Under the pieces are notes generated by a model. That model had not been told where the DNA came from, made no database searches, and worked only from the letters and a program-made list of their open reading frames with translations. DNA of 64,000 nucleotides from Octopus vulgaris (lineage: Eukaryota), in NCBI GenBank assembly GCA_951406725.2, contig OX597817.1:54188001-54252000 (forward strand), in the 5' to 3' direction. Of the stretch, positions 29,680 to 44,644 are shown piece after piece (position 1 is the first letter of the stretch; the number at the start of each line of letters is the position of its first letter). A program made the translations under genes and the position numbers.

Positions 29680-29912
29680 CCCATTCGACTCAACATGCGG
29701 AAGTCCGCATTCTCCGTCCGTATCGCAACCCTGTTGAACAAGCCACCACAAGATGTCATTCAACTGCCCACCACTCGCCTCTTCAAAGAGGCTCTGGACA
29801 ACTGTGGCTACAATGTATAAAACTGTATATAACAATAACTGCTTTTTTTTCATGGCTTAAACACACTGTTACCTTCTCCTGCAAATAAATTTGATTTGAT
29901 TTGATTTAATTT
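29680..29912 (+). mobile_element. CR1/L2-group LINE extreme 3' end
   Basis: RLNMRKSAFSVRIATLLNKPPQDVIQLPTTRLFKEALD motif, AATAAA and (ATTTG)n tail. Confidence 0.75.
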
Positions 29913-30097
29913 GAAACATAAAAAATATCAATTAATAAAAAAATATAAACCCTCACAAGTTAGAATAAATATAAAACGATAATTAAAGGTGTGTCAATTT
30001 ACTTCTGTCATGTCTGTGTATATATATGTTCATGTATATATGGGTATATATATGTATATATATGTTTATATATGTATATATATATATGTTTATTAGA

Positions 30098-30325
30098 GCG
30101 GCGAGCTGGCAGGGTCGTTTGGACGCCGGGCAAGATGCGTAGCCGTATTTCATCTGCCACTACATTGTGAGTTCAATTTCCGCCGAGGTCGACTTTGCCT
30201 TTCATCCTTTCGGGGTCGATAAATTAAGTACCAGTTACGCACTGGGATCGATATAATCGACTTAATCCGTTTGTCTGTCCTTGTTTGTCCCCTCTGTGTT
30301 TAGCCCCTTGTGGGTAGTAAAGAAA
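30098..30325 (+). mobile_element. SINE family B
   Basis: GTCGACTTTGCCTTTCATCCTTTCGGGGTCGATAAATTAAGTACCAG. Confidence 0.88.
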
Positions 30326-30363
30326 TATATATATGTTTATGCATGAATGTACATAAACATACT

Positions 30364-30400
<37 letters not shown>

Positions 30401-30419
30401 TATATGTATGTATCTTTTC

Positions 30420-30815
30420 ATCATTTACTTGCTTCAGTCATTAGATTACAGCCATGCTGGGGCAACGACTTAAATAATTTTGATAGAAGGAATAGATTGC
30501 AGTACTTACTTTTCAATTAAGACTGGTACTTATTTTATCGGCCTATTTTGCCGAGCCACTAAGTTACGGGGACTTAAACACACCAACACCAGTTGTCATT
30601 GAGTGTTGGGGCAGAGACACAAACACAAAAACACACACATATACACATACATACACTCACGCCCACACGGACATATACGACGGGCTTTTTTTCAGTTTCT
30701 GTCAACCAAATTCACTCTACCGAAAGCTTTAGTAGAAGACACTTGCCCAAGGTGTCACGCATTGGGACCGAACCTGCAACCATTTGGTTGGGAAGCGAAA
30801 TTCTTACCACACACC
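30420..30815 (-). mobile_element. SINE family A
   Basis: Tail, internal (CA)n and head all present on the minus strand. Confidence 0.82.
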
Positions 30816-30833
30816 CATTCCTGTACACAGACA

Positions 30834-30871
<38 letters not shown>

Positions 30872-30994
30872 CACACACACACATACACACACATACACAC
30901 ATACACACACAGGTAGAGAGATAGATTGGTAGATAGATAGATAAATAGAAAGATAGACAGATGAACAGAGATAGCTAGCTAGCTAGATAGATAT

Positions 30995-32332
30995 GTTTCT
31001 TTATTAGCCACACAGGGCTGCACACAGATAGAACAAATTACAAGGTAGAGCTTTTCTTTTGAAGGTTTAAAAAAAAAAAGGAAGGGGGAGTTTCGATCAA
31101 AAGGGATCGTAAAAGGAGAGAAAGAGGACAAAAAAAGGAGGGTTAAAAAAAAGGGGGAGAGGAAAAAAAAAATTGATCAATAGGGATCGTTATCACAGAA
31201 ATGTCAATATGAAGTGTAAAGGGGAGGACAGGTGAGGTTTACCCGTGGAAAGAAAAACCTACGGAAAAGACCACGGTAACCTCGGTCAATAAGGTCACAT
31301 GTTATATTTCTTTTTTTTTTTTTTTTTGCGAATAAGCAACTCTCTGTTTTCAATTTCTGGGTTCATAGGATCATGCTCAAGGTGGCTTCGTCATTCATAC
31401 GTGCCATTCTTGCTACATTCACCCATCTTTTTTTAAAACATTCGCTAGACAAAACTTGCCTTTCTACTCTCACTTTTCTTTTCAAGTGGTACTTGAAGAA
31501 GTTGATGAGAGATTGACCAGAGAGGAAGGTGTTTGTCTCCAATCCTTTTAGACGCGTCCACCAGATACATTCTTTCGCCATAGCCACAAGGATGATGAAA
31601 ATAGCTCTTCCTTCCCGTTTGAAGGAAGGAGGCGTGACAATATTGACGATAGACTCAGCTGATAAACCGACTCGTCCTACACGTGACAGCAGTTGTTCGA
31701 CATAAGCCCACAGGTCGGAAATTGTTGGACACTGCACGAGTGCGTGCAGAACGGTTTCGTCGCTCTGACCGCATCTCGGGCAGGTCGGCCCCGTGTTTCT
31801 CGAGCCGTGTCTGTAGAGCTTATCCCGAACGGGTAGCGTTTCTCGGTAGCACTGCCAGGCCAGGGATCTCTGGAAGTTGTCCATGGGCCCTGGCCCGAAA
31901 GTCGTCCTGAACAGGCGGGTCAGGTACTCCTCGTCGACGTCCAGGTTCGCCCCGAGCTCGTCGTCGTACCTCCCCTCCACTAAACCCCTATAGAATGCTT
32001 TGGTTGTGTTGAAGTCACTCAAGGTCGACCCAGGACGGCAGAGTTGCTTGAGAGCAACGCGACACTCGCGGTCCCAATCGCCCTTCCTCGGCCTCTTTTT
32101 GATCCACGACTGCAGTTCGGTCATGGAGACGAGCTGCGGGAAAGCGTGCCTCACAAACGGCGACCACACCTGTTCACCGTCGTCTACATAGAGCCAGAGA
32201 TGTCGCAGTCTCAGCGCGTGTCTGCGCATCATCAACCACGGCATGCCCAGCCCTCCTTTTAGCGGGTGTTGACAGCAAATGGATCGCCTGACCATCGGGA
32301 CGCATCCTTTCCACAAGAAGCGAAAGAGAATA
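30995..32332 (-). mobile_element. Tx1/L1-clade LINE, 5'-truncated, inserted in (GATA)n; ORF2 C-terminus about 32330-31363
   Basis: FRFLWKG...GGLGMP and zinc finger CPRCGQSDETVLHALVQC, open to the stop; 3' UTR ends AATAAAGAAAC; GATA repeats on both sides. Confidence 0.88.
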
Positions 32333-32620
32333 GAAAGAAAGATAGATAGATAGATGGATGGATAGATGATGGATGATCTACTAACGATAGATTGATATAG
32401 ATAGATATGGATAGAGAGGTAGTTCGATATATGTTCGTGTGTGTATGTTTCTACACATTTGTGTGTGTGCAATGGAATCTGCTTATTATGATCACCCTTA
32501 ATATTATTCAAAATGTTAAATCCCAAATTAGCAGGTTCCACTACACATGCATGCACGCTGACACACTTTCACACACATATATATATATATCCCACACAAA
32601 CACACACACATACATATGTA

Positions 32621-32820
<200 letters not shown>

Positions 32821-34939
32821 ATATCTTCATATTCGACGAACTGAAGCTAATTGTGGTAATATGAATTTCGTTCCTTATAATGATAGAAAAGAAGGAATTA
32901 AAAAATTAAGAAAAATGAAGAAAATCTTCAAATGAAAGAACAACGAAGATAAAAGAAAAAGAAAATGAGATTTCTGGGACAAGAAAAAAGAAATGAAGTA
33001 TATAAATAAAGAAGATAAAATATTGAAAGAATTTGGAGAAAAGTAAGAATGAAAATAACGAATGAGAATCGATAAAGAAAAACAAAATTGAGTGAAATGA
33101 AAAAGTGAGAAATAACAAGAAAATGCGACTGTAAGGAAAAGGTTAAGACACTGACGGAATAACGAAATCTTATAAGGAAAAAGAGAGGAGATTATGATTG
33201 ATAGGAATGAAATGGTGAGAGAAAAATTAGAAATAAGTGAAAGAGCAGAATGAAACGAAGAAGAAATAAGTGCACATGCATACACATACACGCATACACA
33301 CATACACACAAACATATATACATACATATAGGCGTATTCACACATAAATGGAAACACACACATAGGCATGCACTCACCGAAGAAATAATTATTCAAATGA
33401 AAGAATACAGGAAGAATTCTTTCGAGGGAAAAAACTAACGTAGAAGAGGAAAAACGATGTGCATTCAGCGAAAGAAGAAAATATATTAAATGAAAGAATT
33501 TAGAAAGAAATCCAGAGAAGAACTAAACCAACAATACCAAATAAGGAATGGAAGAAGAAAGAAAATAACATTTAAAAATTAAAGAAATAAAGCATCAAAT
33601 GAAAGAAGAAAGAAGGACAAACAAACAAAGCAGGTGGAAGAAAGAGAATGAGGGTTAGGGTTTGGCGGAGAAGATTGCGGTGAATGGATAGAAAAAGAAG
33701 GTGATGTTTCGTGAGCCAAGTCGGTTGGCAGGAAACATTTTCTTGCGCATTGCTTCCAAATTAATCAGAGAACTATTCTTCATATTGGTTCTCTTTTGTC
33801 CAAGTTGGTTCTAGGCTTGCCAGAAGCTAACAGAACGAAGTCGACTTCGCTCTGGGAATAATGGCGTGACAAGAATTCCATGACATTGAGCAGTTAACAC
33901 AACAGAACAGAACAGAGAGCAGGCACAGAAGAGGCGGAGGAGGAGGTGGTGGTGGTGGCGGAGAGTTTTAGTATTAGTAGTAATGGTGGTGGTGGTGTTT
34001 GAAGGAAAAGAAACGGCAGAAAGGGAAAATAGAAAAGAAGAAAAAGAACTAGAAATATGTCGGAATAAAGGACAATGGTTACATCAGCAGGAGCAGTTAC
34101 AACAACTACAACACCATAACAGCAATGATGTCAGCTACAACAACAACAACAGTAACAACAGCAGCAGTAGCAGCAGCAGCAGAGGAAAGCAATAAAAACT
34201 TAAAAATGAAAATCCATTTCACGAACATCGACATAACCGCCATCAGCGCCGTCTCCACCATTAGCTTCACTGCCACAGACATCTCCGTCACCACTATTTG
34301 ACTATAATAAAAACGACAACGGAATAATAATAATAAATATGTGAAGCAAATAGCTGTGGTTGCACATCTCCGCCACCACCACCACCACCACCACCACCAC
34401 CACCACCAACATCAACAATACCAGAATACCAACAAATCACAACAATAAAAATAATAACATTTACACCAAAGAAACGAACAAAAGCGCTATGGTTGAACAC
34501 AACCTTCTGTTGTGTGAGTGCGAGAGTTTTGCAGATGGCGGTTAAAGGATTTGGTGTGAAGGTTTACTGGAGACTGGGGGGGGGGAGAGTGGGTACAATG
34601 GAAGGAAAACTATGGCACTGGCATTGTGTTGCTGTTTTTAACTCTCACTGCGGCCCCGATCAAATAAATCTACGATCAGAGCCGTTCCAACCGTGTTCAT
34701 CCCATCTTTATATTTCAGGCATCCTAAATGTGGATAAAATGAGTAACATTTAAGTACTGTGGTTGATGTAATCGATTAACCCCTCCCCACCAAATTCCAG
34801 GCCTTGCGCCCATATTAGAAAGATTAATACAGAATCCTATCTTTCTGTTTTTTTTTAAAGACGGTAGGGAGGAATGATTCGAAGTGATTTGGCTGCTATT
34901 TCTCTTAAGAGGTTTCCATGTTGGGTCGATATGATTGTA

Positions 34940-35660
34940 GAAGGCTGAAATAAGAGAGAGAAAATTTGTTTGTAGCAGCATAAGATCAGGTATTAAGGAC
35001 AAACGGGATGAAAGCTAAGATAGACAAAAATCAGGTAGATTCCCAGTGTAGGTTATGTAAACCAAAGGTTGGCAGTGCTACTTATATAGCTAGTGAATGT
35101 AGTATGCTGGTACAGAAAGAATACAAGACATGGGAACTTAGGAAGAATAATCCACTGAGAGTTATGTAAAAGGCTAGGATTTGACCATACTGATAAATGC
35201 TATGAATATGAACCTGGTAAAGTGTTAGAAGGTAAGAAATATAACATGATGTGAAATTTTAACATTCAAACTGACAGAATAATAGGAGATAGAAAACCTA
35301 ATTTAGTATTAGATAAAGAGAATAGAAAGTGCCAGGAAATTGACTTTACAGTCCCAAATGATGAGAAAGCCAATATGAGAAATATAGAGAACATAACAAT
35401 GTACCAGGAAGTAGGCATTGAATTAGAGAGGCTGTGGAAATTATGCGTAAAATGTATACCTGTGGTTATAGGTGCATTAGGAACTATCCCTAAATATTTG
35501 AATAAATAGGTAGAGGAAATAGGCACAACAGCTTAGTTTAGTGCAGTTCCAGAGAACAGTATTATTTAGGGACAGCTAGGATATTTAGGAAGATTGTTGG
35601 TACCACTTTGTGAAACCTGGAATAGCTCGCATAAGTCAAAGCAGCGATAACGTAACTAAT
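34940..35660 (+). pseudogene. Old Dong/R4 C-terminal region (zinc knuckle and REL endonuclease)
   Basis: AA*DQVLRTN...CRLCK...IASEC...IQTDR...KPN...IDFTVP...LERLWK...PVVIGALGTIP; stops present; followed by (AAT/AAC)n. Confidence 0.82.
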
Positions 35661-35735
35661 AATGATAATGATAATAATAATAACAACAACAACAACAACA
35701 ACAACAATAACAACAACAACAACAACAACAACAAC

Positions 35736-35785
<50 letters not shown>

Positions 35786-35786
<1 letters not shown>

Positions 35787-36240
35787 GTGACATGATCATA
35801 CCTTCCGATTATAATATCTCGGCAGAAGAATTTGATAGGATTAGAAAATATAAAGATTTGCTAATTGAAATCGAAAACATGTGGCATCTCAAGGCGGTTA
35901 CAATACCAGTAATTGTAGGAGCACTTGGAATGATCAAAAAGGGAACAGAAAATCATTTAAGGATGATCCCTGGCTTACCATCCATACCGGAAGTCCCAAA
36001 AAATTGTCTTAACTGGTAACTGGTCACACGTATTGAGAAGAACATTGTTGCTGTGAATTTTTCTTCCCTTTTCTCTTTATTTTCTTTTTTTTTTACATTT
36101 TTTCTCTTCTTCCTTTCCTCTTTTTTTCGTCCATTTTTTTACTATCACATGACTTTGTAAATGAACAATCTTGTATGTTTATTTTAATGGCCTACCAATG
36201 TATACAGTGAGTTTCTTTGCCCAACGTGCCGAAACAAAAT
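35786..36240 (+). mobile_element. Dong/R4 3' end directly after (AAT)n
   Basis: KYKDLLIEIENMWHLKAVTIPVIVGALGMIKKG. Confidence 0.87.
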
Positions 36241-36344
36241 TTAAAGAATATACATGTGTGTGTGTTTGAGTGTGTGTGTGTGTGTGTTTATGTGCGTGTG
36301 GGTTTCTATGTTTGCGTGTTTTTGTGTATGTGTATGTATTTGTG

Positions 36345-36525
36345 TCAGTGTTTGTCTCCCACCACCGCTTCATAATCGTCCCTGTAACGTAGCGTTTCGT
36401 CAAGAGAGACAGATTAAGTTCCAGACTTAACAAGAAAAAATAATACTGCTGACAATTCGCGTAAAAAATTGTTCAAGGTGGTACCCCAGCATGGCCGCAG
36501 TCTAATGACTGACACAAGTAAATTA
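36345..36525 (+). mobile_element. SINE family A 3' half
   Basis: GGTGGTACCCCAGCATGGCCGCAGTCTAATGACTGACACAAG tail. Confidence 0.8.
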
Positions 36526-36569
36526 TAAAAGATATGTACCAACTATCTATTCAACCAAATAAACTTAGG

Positions 36570-37395
36570 AAATTATCAAGTAATGAAATTGTTGGTCAAT
36601 AAAATTACGTAACTAGCAGACGAAAACTTTAGCAGACGATAACTTTAGCAATAAAATTATCAGCAGATAAAATTGCTGATAATGAAATTACCCGGTGAAA
36701 AAATTGTAGATGATCAAATTGTCCACGATAAAATTACCAAGCGATGAATTCGCAGGCAATTTAATTATAGGGCGATGAAATTCCAAGCAGTGAATTTGCC
36801 AGGTGATGAATTTGCACGCAATTTAATCATCAGGTGATGAAATTGCAAGCGCTGAAATTACCAGGCAATAAATTTGCAGGAACTTTATTTATCAGGTTAT
36901 TAAATTATCAGATGCTGAAGCTCCAAGCAGTGAATTTATCAGGCGATGAACTTGTAGGCGGTGAAATTATCTGGTGCTGAAATCGCAAGCAATAAATTTG
37001 CCAGGCCATGAATTTGCACGCAATTTAATTATCAGGTGATGAAATTGCAAGCGCTGAAATTACCAGGCAATAAATTTGAAGGAATTTGCTCGCAATTTAA
37101 TTATCGGGTGCTGAAATTGCAAGCAATGAATTTTCCATGCGTTAAATTTACTTGCAAGGAAATTACCAGGCGATAATATTCTAGTGATTAAATTTTCAGG
37201 TGCTGAAATTAGAAGCAATGAATTTACCAGACTTCGAATTGGCTAACAATTAAATTTCTAGGCGATAAAATTGCAAGTAATGAAATTACCAGGTGATAAA
37301 TTTGCAGATGGTCAAACCGTAACCGATGAAATCCCTAGGTGGGAAAATTGCTAGGTGAGATAGTTTACATGAAATAAAATACTGGCTGTGAAATT
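36570..37395. repeat. Diverged ~15-16-bp minisatellite (about GATGAAATTACCAGGC) with higher-order duplication
   Basis: Recurring ATGAAATT/ATAAAATT/CTGAAATT every 15-16 nt; 36807-36877 is nearly repeated at 37008-37078. Confidence 0.85.
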
Positions 37396-39888
37396 TAAAA
37401 ATAGCTAATTTTCTCGATCTCCGTACAGCGATCAAAATGAACGGTATCATACAAATGCCGACACCGCTATTTGTAATTCCTTGTAATTCCTGCAGAATTT
37501 TCTCTCTTCTGTTGCAGCCAAATGTACGCCATTTTTGTTTCCGTTCTTACTGCAGTTTTCTTTTTGTTGTTATTGCTCATGTTAACTAATCACTATCTTC
37601 ATTGCCATTGTTTCTTAAATGGAATCAAAGAGTTTTTTCAGAGGTTATTATGGCCCCCACTTTAGAATACATACCAAAAGGCATTTCTGCAACCGTGAGA
37701 ATAATATTTCTCGAATACCTTATTGGAATTAATTGAGGAACATCAAACAATTTGAGATGATTGTCTTGCCGAAGGAGACAATTTGAAGCAGAGAAAGAAT
37801 TATCAAGATGAGATATTTTTTTGACTGAAGCAAATAAAACTTGATAATATTTTGTTTACAAATACATTGTTACGTATATTTATACATATATTGTTTTTAT
37901 ATATTTATAATTATTTTTATGTTGTTGTTTTTTTTTGTATTGGTTGATTAATTACTTATTAATGGCGTAAACACCTCCGCAGCCGGAGGACACCTGGCGA
38001 TATTAGTGTCAAAGGCAATTAAAATGATGGAATGGAAGAGGTTGCGAATGTGATTTATCAGACATTAGCACGTGAATATAACTGGGGTAATCGTCCTAAA
38101 ATGAGCAGCAGCATCGGCAGCAGTAACATCGGTGAGAATTTGGATGATGATGATGATGATGATGAAGAAGAGGTGAAGGAGAAAGAGGACGACACAGGTG
38201 AGGGAGAGGAAAAAATAAAACGTCTGACTGTAAAAATTCTCTTCATTAATCAAGTGATATATTTTACAGAGAATGTACAATAGTCAGGGCGGCGTAGATA
38301 TTGATTAAAAAAGCTTGCTCTTCAAAACATGTATTTTTAGGTTCGATCTCACCCCGTGTAACCTTTCCTAAGTGTCTTCTCTAATATATACTCTCTTGTT
38401 AACAAGTACCTTGTGAGTGGAAATTCCTAGATGGAAACTATGCTGAAGCACATCATTTCGAGGTCGGTAAAATAGAATATCTATCGAGAGAAGTAGAGAG
38501 GAATTTTGACTTTTTCTGGTGGGGGGAGGAGGGGGTTGATAAAATAAAGTAGCGATTAAGTACAAGGGGTCAATGTTGTAGGTTAGCTCCTTCCCTTAAA
38601 ACTGTTGCGAGTCTGCTTCAGTTACCATCATCACCATCATCACTATCACCGTCATCATCATCATCGCCATCACCATCATCATCGTTGTCGTCATACACCA
38701 CCACCACCACCACCACCACCACCACCACCACCACCACCACCACCACCGCCGCCGCCGCCACCGCCACCACCACAACCGCCGCCGCCGCCGCCGCCGCCTC
38801 CACCACCACCATCATCATCATCATTATCATCATCATCATCATCATCAATAACATTATCAGCAGATGAGACTGCACGTTACAAATGCAATCTGTAAGCGGA
38901 ACAGTAAAACTATGCGAGACTTTCCTCAGTTTTAGAATGTGACGTTGGTTTTGTCAACTACATTCCAAAGATGGAGCTTTGTACCTTCGTTAGAAACCAG
39001 CTCCTTCTTTAGAGTAAGAATTTAAACAATTAAAATTAGGAAAGAACCATACATACATACAGACAGATAGATACGAAAATAGATAGACAGAGAGATTTGT
39101 ATGTTCGCACATGCATGTATATTCCAAACAAACCATTGACAATTCACAAGGAAATATGGAAAAGCAGCCGTGTTTCCAGGAAACGTGATTCAAGGAAAAA
39201 AACCTTTCTACATACATACATACATACATACATACATACATACATACATACATACATACATACATACATACATACATACATACATACATACATACATACA
39301 TACATACATACATACATGCATACATACATACATATATACATACATATATACATATTTATATACATACATGCATACATACATACATACTTACATACATACG
39401 TACATACATACATACATACATGCTTGCATGCATCCATACATACATACATATATACATATATACATATATACATACATACATGCATACAGACATACATACA
39501 TACATACGTACGTACATATATACATACATACATACACAAACATACATACATATATACGTACATACATGCATGCATGCATACATACATACTTACATACATA
39601 CATGCATACATACATACATGCATACATACATACATACACACATACACACACACATACATAAATATATACATATGTATGATTGAATGTATGCATGTATGTT
39701 AGTGTGTATGTATATATAATTATATATATATGTATTATTTATTTATCTATCAATATACAAACATACATACATACACAGACAAAGATATGTGCGCATTTCT
39801 GTGTGTAGGAGCGGAAGGTAGTAGAAAAGTGAGACAAGGCGAAGTAGGAAAGAAAGCCTACATTTCAAAGCGAGCGGGAGGAGAGTTC

Positions 39889-39938
<50 letters not shown>

Positions 39939-40277
39939 AGGGTGTGTGTGTGGGGAGGGGGAGGGGGGGGTAAGAGTTAGAGCAGAGATGAGCTTGAATA
40001 ATTTCTTAAATTGGTCAGAAAATTGAGAGTAAAATTTACCTGGAGACATACAGAATCACATGACCTACACGAACACACTCGTTTTTATGTCTCCTTTTCT
40101 GTCTGTCTGTATGCATGTACGTATGTGCGTAACACAGATGTCCGCAGAAACACATTTACACACACACCTATGTATATATACATACCTACATATATATATA
40201 TGTATGTATATATATATATATATATACGCATGCATACACACACGCATATGTATATACACACACATATATGTACGTAC

Positions 40278-40309
<32 letters not shown>

Positions 40310-40443
40310 ATGTATGCATGTATGTATCTGTCTCTGTCTATCTATATAGTTCATTGATTTGCTTAAAACGTACTCTCCACCGACTTATACATACGTTTTG
40401 ATGTAGATGTCTCGTATCCATTGAGTTTCGAAACTCACTTCCC

Positions 40444-40533
<90 letters not shown>

Positions 40534-40698
40534 CACACATACATAGACCGAGTTAGATACACTTATTAATGATGTATAATATGCTATCGGGCAAGAAACA
40601 TAAGACAAAATAGAATCTGTATGTGTGTGTGTGTGAGTCTGTGCCTCTGCGTGAGTATATGTACAATGCACACATAGAGATACTTGCTTCATGCATCA

Positions 40699-40756
<58 letters not shown>

Positions 40757-41890
40757 CTGTGCATATTTATATTCACGTATGAATGTATGTGTGTCCGCCT
40801 GTCATGTATAGATGTGTGTATAAATAGATAACGAGAGAAATAAAGAACGGAAAACGAGAAAAACAATAAAGAAATATGGAAAAAGAAATAAAAGCAGAAG
40901 GCAGTAGACAATATGTTGGACTCTTCCAAATGAAGAGAGAACGATTAAGGTGTCCTTCTCCATCCAATGAAGTTTAATTGACCAAAATCTAAAACCACGC
41001 TCAACAGTTTACATGTTAATATGGCGGACAGTTTGAGAACGAGGCAAGCGGGCAAATTTAATCACTCGCTAGAGAAGCTGTTGTATTTAGACTCGATTGT
41101 AAGCACGTAACGATGAGTAAGCAAGCGTGGCAATGCTCACACGTTTGGAAAAAAATGTCGTAAATTGCTGCTAATATGTCTGTAGCCCGTTGTGTGTGTA
41201 TGTGTATTTGGGCGTGCGCACACAAACATATGTACGGGAAGGCATAGGAAGATACGTGTATGTGTGCGTCTGCCTGTGTGTGTGTGTATAATAGTACATG
41301 TGCAGATATATATATGCATGTGTGTGTGGGTGTGTGTGTGTGTGTGTACATACATACATATATAATATACAGACACTATTATAATGATATATATATCTTG
41401 AGAAATACGTTCATATAAGCATAGATATGTAGAAACTAATACACTCCATATGTATATTCACACACACACACACATACACATACACACACACACGTACACA
41501 CACAAACAGAATATATACTTATACCCTCTCACGGGCATACATAAGTCGCACACACATAAGCCCATACGTGTATATATGTATACACACACATACACGCGCG
41601 CACACACACACACATACACACGCATATTAAGAGACAGCTGCAAATGTCTATTTGATACACAGAAGCTTTGGAATGGTAAAAGTTTTGCGTTTCTGCACAG
41701 AAAGGAGACAGCGAACCATTAGAATGTGTTACCATGTGAGAATATAAACTAAATATTAACCATTCAGATGGAGGAGATGAATTGTCATATACATACATAC
41801 ATACATACATACATACATACATACATACATACATACATACATACATACATTCATACATACATACATACATACATACATACATACATACAT

Positions 41891-41921
<31 letters not shown>

Positions 41922-42464
41922 TACATGCATACACACATACATACATACATTCAAACAAAAATAGTTCGTTGTTGATGTTGAAATTCCACTGAAGGAGCCT
42001 TGGATCTAGCTTAGAAACCGGCTTTTTTTTTTATTGGAAAGAAATCTTGAAATAAACTGAATAATGACCAACATACATATATACATATACATACATGTGT
42101 GTGTATATATATTTATGAAAACTGTCGAATTATGCCCGTACTGCATTACATAAAAATCGGTTTAAAATTTGATTCTCATAAGGTTTCGTATTCCTTAGTG
42201 TGTCATTACTCGAACAGTTCATTACCTTAGTTCTGAAGCAGATATTCCTATTTCGATGCGACCTGGGACTATACATATCCTAGAATACAATACCAGCTGA
42301 CAACCTTTGGTCACACCGATCGAACTGTAATAAGGCTCTTCGCATACTTTAAATACTTAAGGATAATATCCCATTATGATCAAGGTCACGATGGTTTAAA
42401 ACAAAGCAATCAATCAAAGAACACAAACCGCCAGGAAGAAGTTTATATGAAAAAAATTTTCAGC

Positions 42465-42950
42465 TGTACATTTGTACAATTTCACAGACTTTATAAGAAG
42501 GACTTGTATAAAAATAGTACAGCGTATTTATTTCTGCAGTTTGCACATCTGACAAGAAGAACTTTTATACAAGTAGCAATATATATTTATTACTGTAGCT
42601 TCACACATGTTATATGAAAGACTTGTATGTGATATTATGTTTTATTTGCTGAAGTTTTACACACATTATATGAAAGACTACTTGTATACAATATTATATA
42701 TTTTATTTCTGTAACTTAACACATATGACATCAACGATTTGTCCACGATAATATTGCAAATGTGTTTTTACTGCTTCACACTTCTGGCGCGAACGACTTT
42801 TCCAAAACGATATCACATGTTATTTCTCTAAATTTAAATATATGACATAAGGGAATTGTAAAGGAGGTGTACAAAAAGATATTAAGTAGGTGTTTCTCAA
42901 CGTTCACATATTTCACGAGAACAAGTTGCATAAAAATAGTATTACACGCT
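42465..42950. repeat. Diverged ~60-bp tandem repeat (about 8 units)
   Basis: TTCACA...GACTTGTAT...TATTTATTTCTG recurs at roughly 60-nt intervals. Confidence 0.7.
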
Positions 42951-43049
42951 TCTTGTCAGAGAATATAGAAGCAAATATCAATACCAGCTGCAGAATCTGT
43001 CTAAACTTCCCGAGAAAACAAAACGATAAAGACTGTGACACAAAGTTAC

Positions 43050-43205
43050 TATTCTATAATTTTGAGATGAGGAATTATGTACATTATTTACAAAGGATGG
43101 ACAGGTGTCCTCACCTTGTTTGTTGTTACCACAACGTTTCGGCTGAAGTACTCAGAACACCTGATGAAGCCTGGAGAGTACATCAGCCGAAACGTTGTGT
43201 TAACC
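43050..43205. mobile_element. Family H 3' region as an inverted pair; hammerhead on plus strand 43156-43201
   Basis: AACAC-CUGAUGA-A-GCCUG..CAGCC-GAAAC-GUU-GUGUU; minus strand 43060-43153 matches 12725-12800. Confidence 0.78.
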
Positions 43206-44049
43206 TTTTGCGAGGCTGAGTGCAGTCCAGTAAATCGTGGTGTTTAAACTGACAAATGTCAGAAGAATGAAGCAAAACCTGCTTCGATGAGATTTGGGCT
43301 CAGAATGCACAGGTCATCAAACCAGTCACATAGCTGGTTTGTCCACAAAGCTGTCTTGTAAAACCATAATTTATAAGTAATTGTCGTTAGCCTCATTGTT
43401 TAAACTCAAGTTAACCTTTTGGTCAAACGCGTTCCATCCACGTTCATCTCGTCTTTTTCATTAACCCTATTTTACCATGGACTACATGATTGGATGCGTC
43501 TTTCTTTTCTAAGACCGAAATATGTGATCTGATGAACATTTGGCTGCTCTTTCAAGCAGGACGTGTAATCATGTACATAAACATTCTCTTATTTGTGTGC
43601 TGCTACATGAGACCAATTATAACGTTTCGGATTGTAAATGTCACTGAAAGCGATTGTAAGTGTCACATTATTTGTAAGCAATGATAACGGGAGATATTCC
43701 GATATAGCATTTAACATAATTCCCTCCATGGTAGGTTTCTGCAATATTCATGATGGACTAATTAAACAGGAGACATAGAAACTAATTTTAAAAGCTTAAT
43801 TCCTAAATTTGTTGGTCAATTAACTATTTCACGATCTGCTATTATAAGTATTTAAATCTGATAATGTAAATAGATATTTTAAACTCAAAACTGTTAATCC
43901 ATGCTTCAGATGTCGATATCTTGAATCCTAAAATTTGATAATCTTATTTCAAGGAACAGTTATAAATTCTAAGTGCTGATATTTCAAATCCCGAGACCTG
44001 ATATTCTAATAATAATGATGATGATGATAATGATGATGATGATATTGGT

Positions 44050-44132
<83 letters not shown>

Positions 44133-44134
<2 letters not shown>

Positions 44135-44637
44135 GCTCTCATAGCTTCTGATTTTAACTGATTGGAAGTGTTATCATGTACATGTCTTGTCTTGGTGTAC
44201 AAGATGGGTTACAGCAAATATTCTGCTCAATACGAAAGATCTGCTTGTCAGTTGTTTGACCTTCATCAGTTGAGCAGTTCCCTGATCACGAGCAGAAGTA
44301 GTTGGGAAGCATCACAGCCATGTGTTGAAAAGAATTCTTTGAGGTTTGAATAATTCACCTCTGAAAACATGGGTGTTTCGTTCAACATCCTCAAACAAAC
44401 CTTAATTAGGGTCCTTTTGAGTGGGATGGGCTACTCAACCTGAAGAAAATTCTAACTGGGCCCCACCTTCAAGGTCATGCACTGCTTATCTTGATATGAG
44501 ATCACCATATCGTGTACATATGATCGTGATGCATGTGCCTGGTGTACCCTTATCAGACGGGTCGTTATGATGGGTATACTGGGCTTCGTACATTTTACCT
44601 TAGTGTCACTTTGATGGCAGGCACTCCTCTCTCACTC
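44133..44637 (+). mobile_element. ~555-bp TAA-targeting element, slightly 5'-truncated
   Basis: Starts TGGCTCTCAT after (AAT)n; ends CTCTCTCACTCAAT. Confidence 0.88.
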
Positions 44638-44644
44638 AATAATG

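Noticed and set aside
32333-32556. N-terminal ~75 aa of the 397-aa ORF
   Set aside because: Read-through of flanking (GATA)n and host sequence, not part of the LINE
33652-33665. GGGTTAGGG telomere-like motif
   Set aside because: Only about 1.5 units
36570-37395. CRISPR-like array
   Set aside because: Contiguous degenerate units without unique spacers; no cas genes; eukaryotic context
38032-38283. 83-aa acidic ORF as a host exon
   Set aside because: Largely (GAT)n-derived; no recognisable domain or clear splice sites
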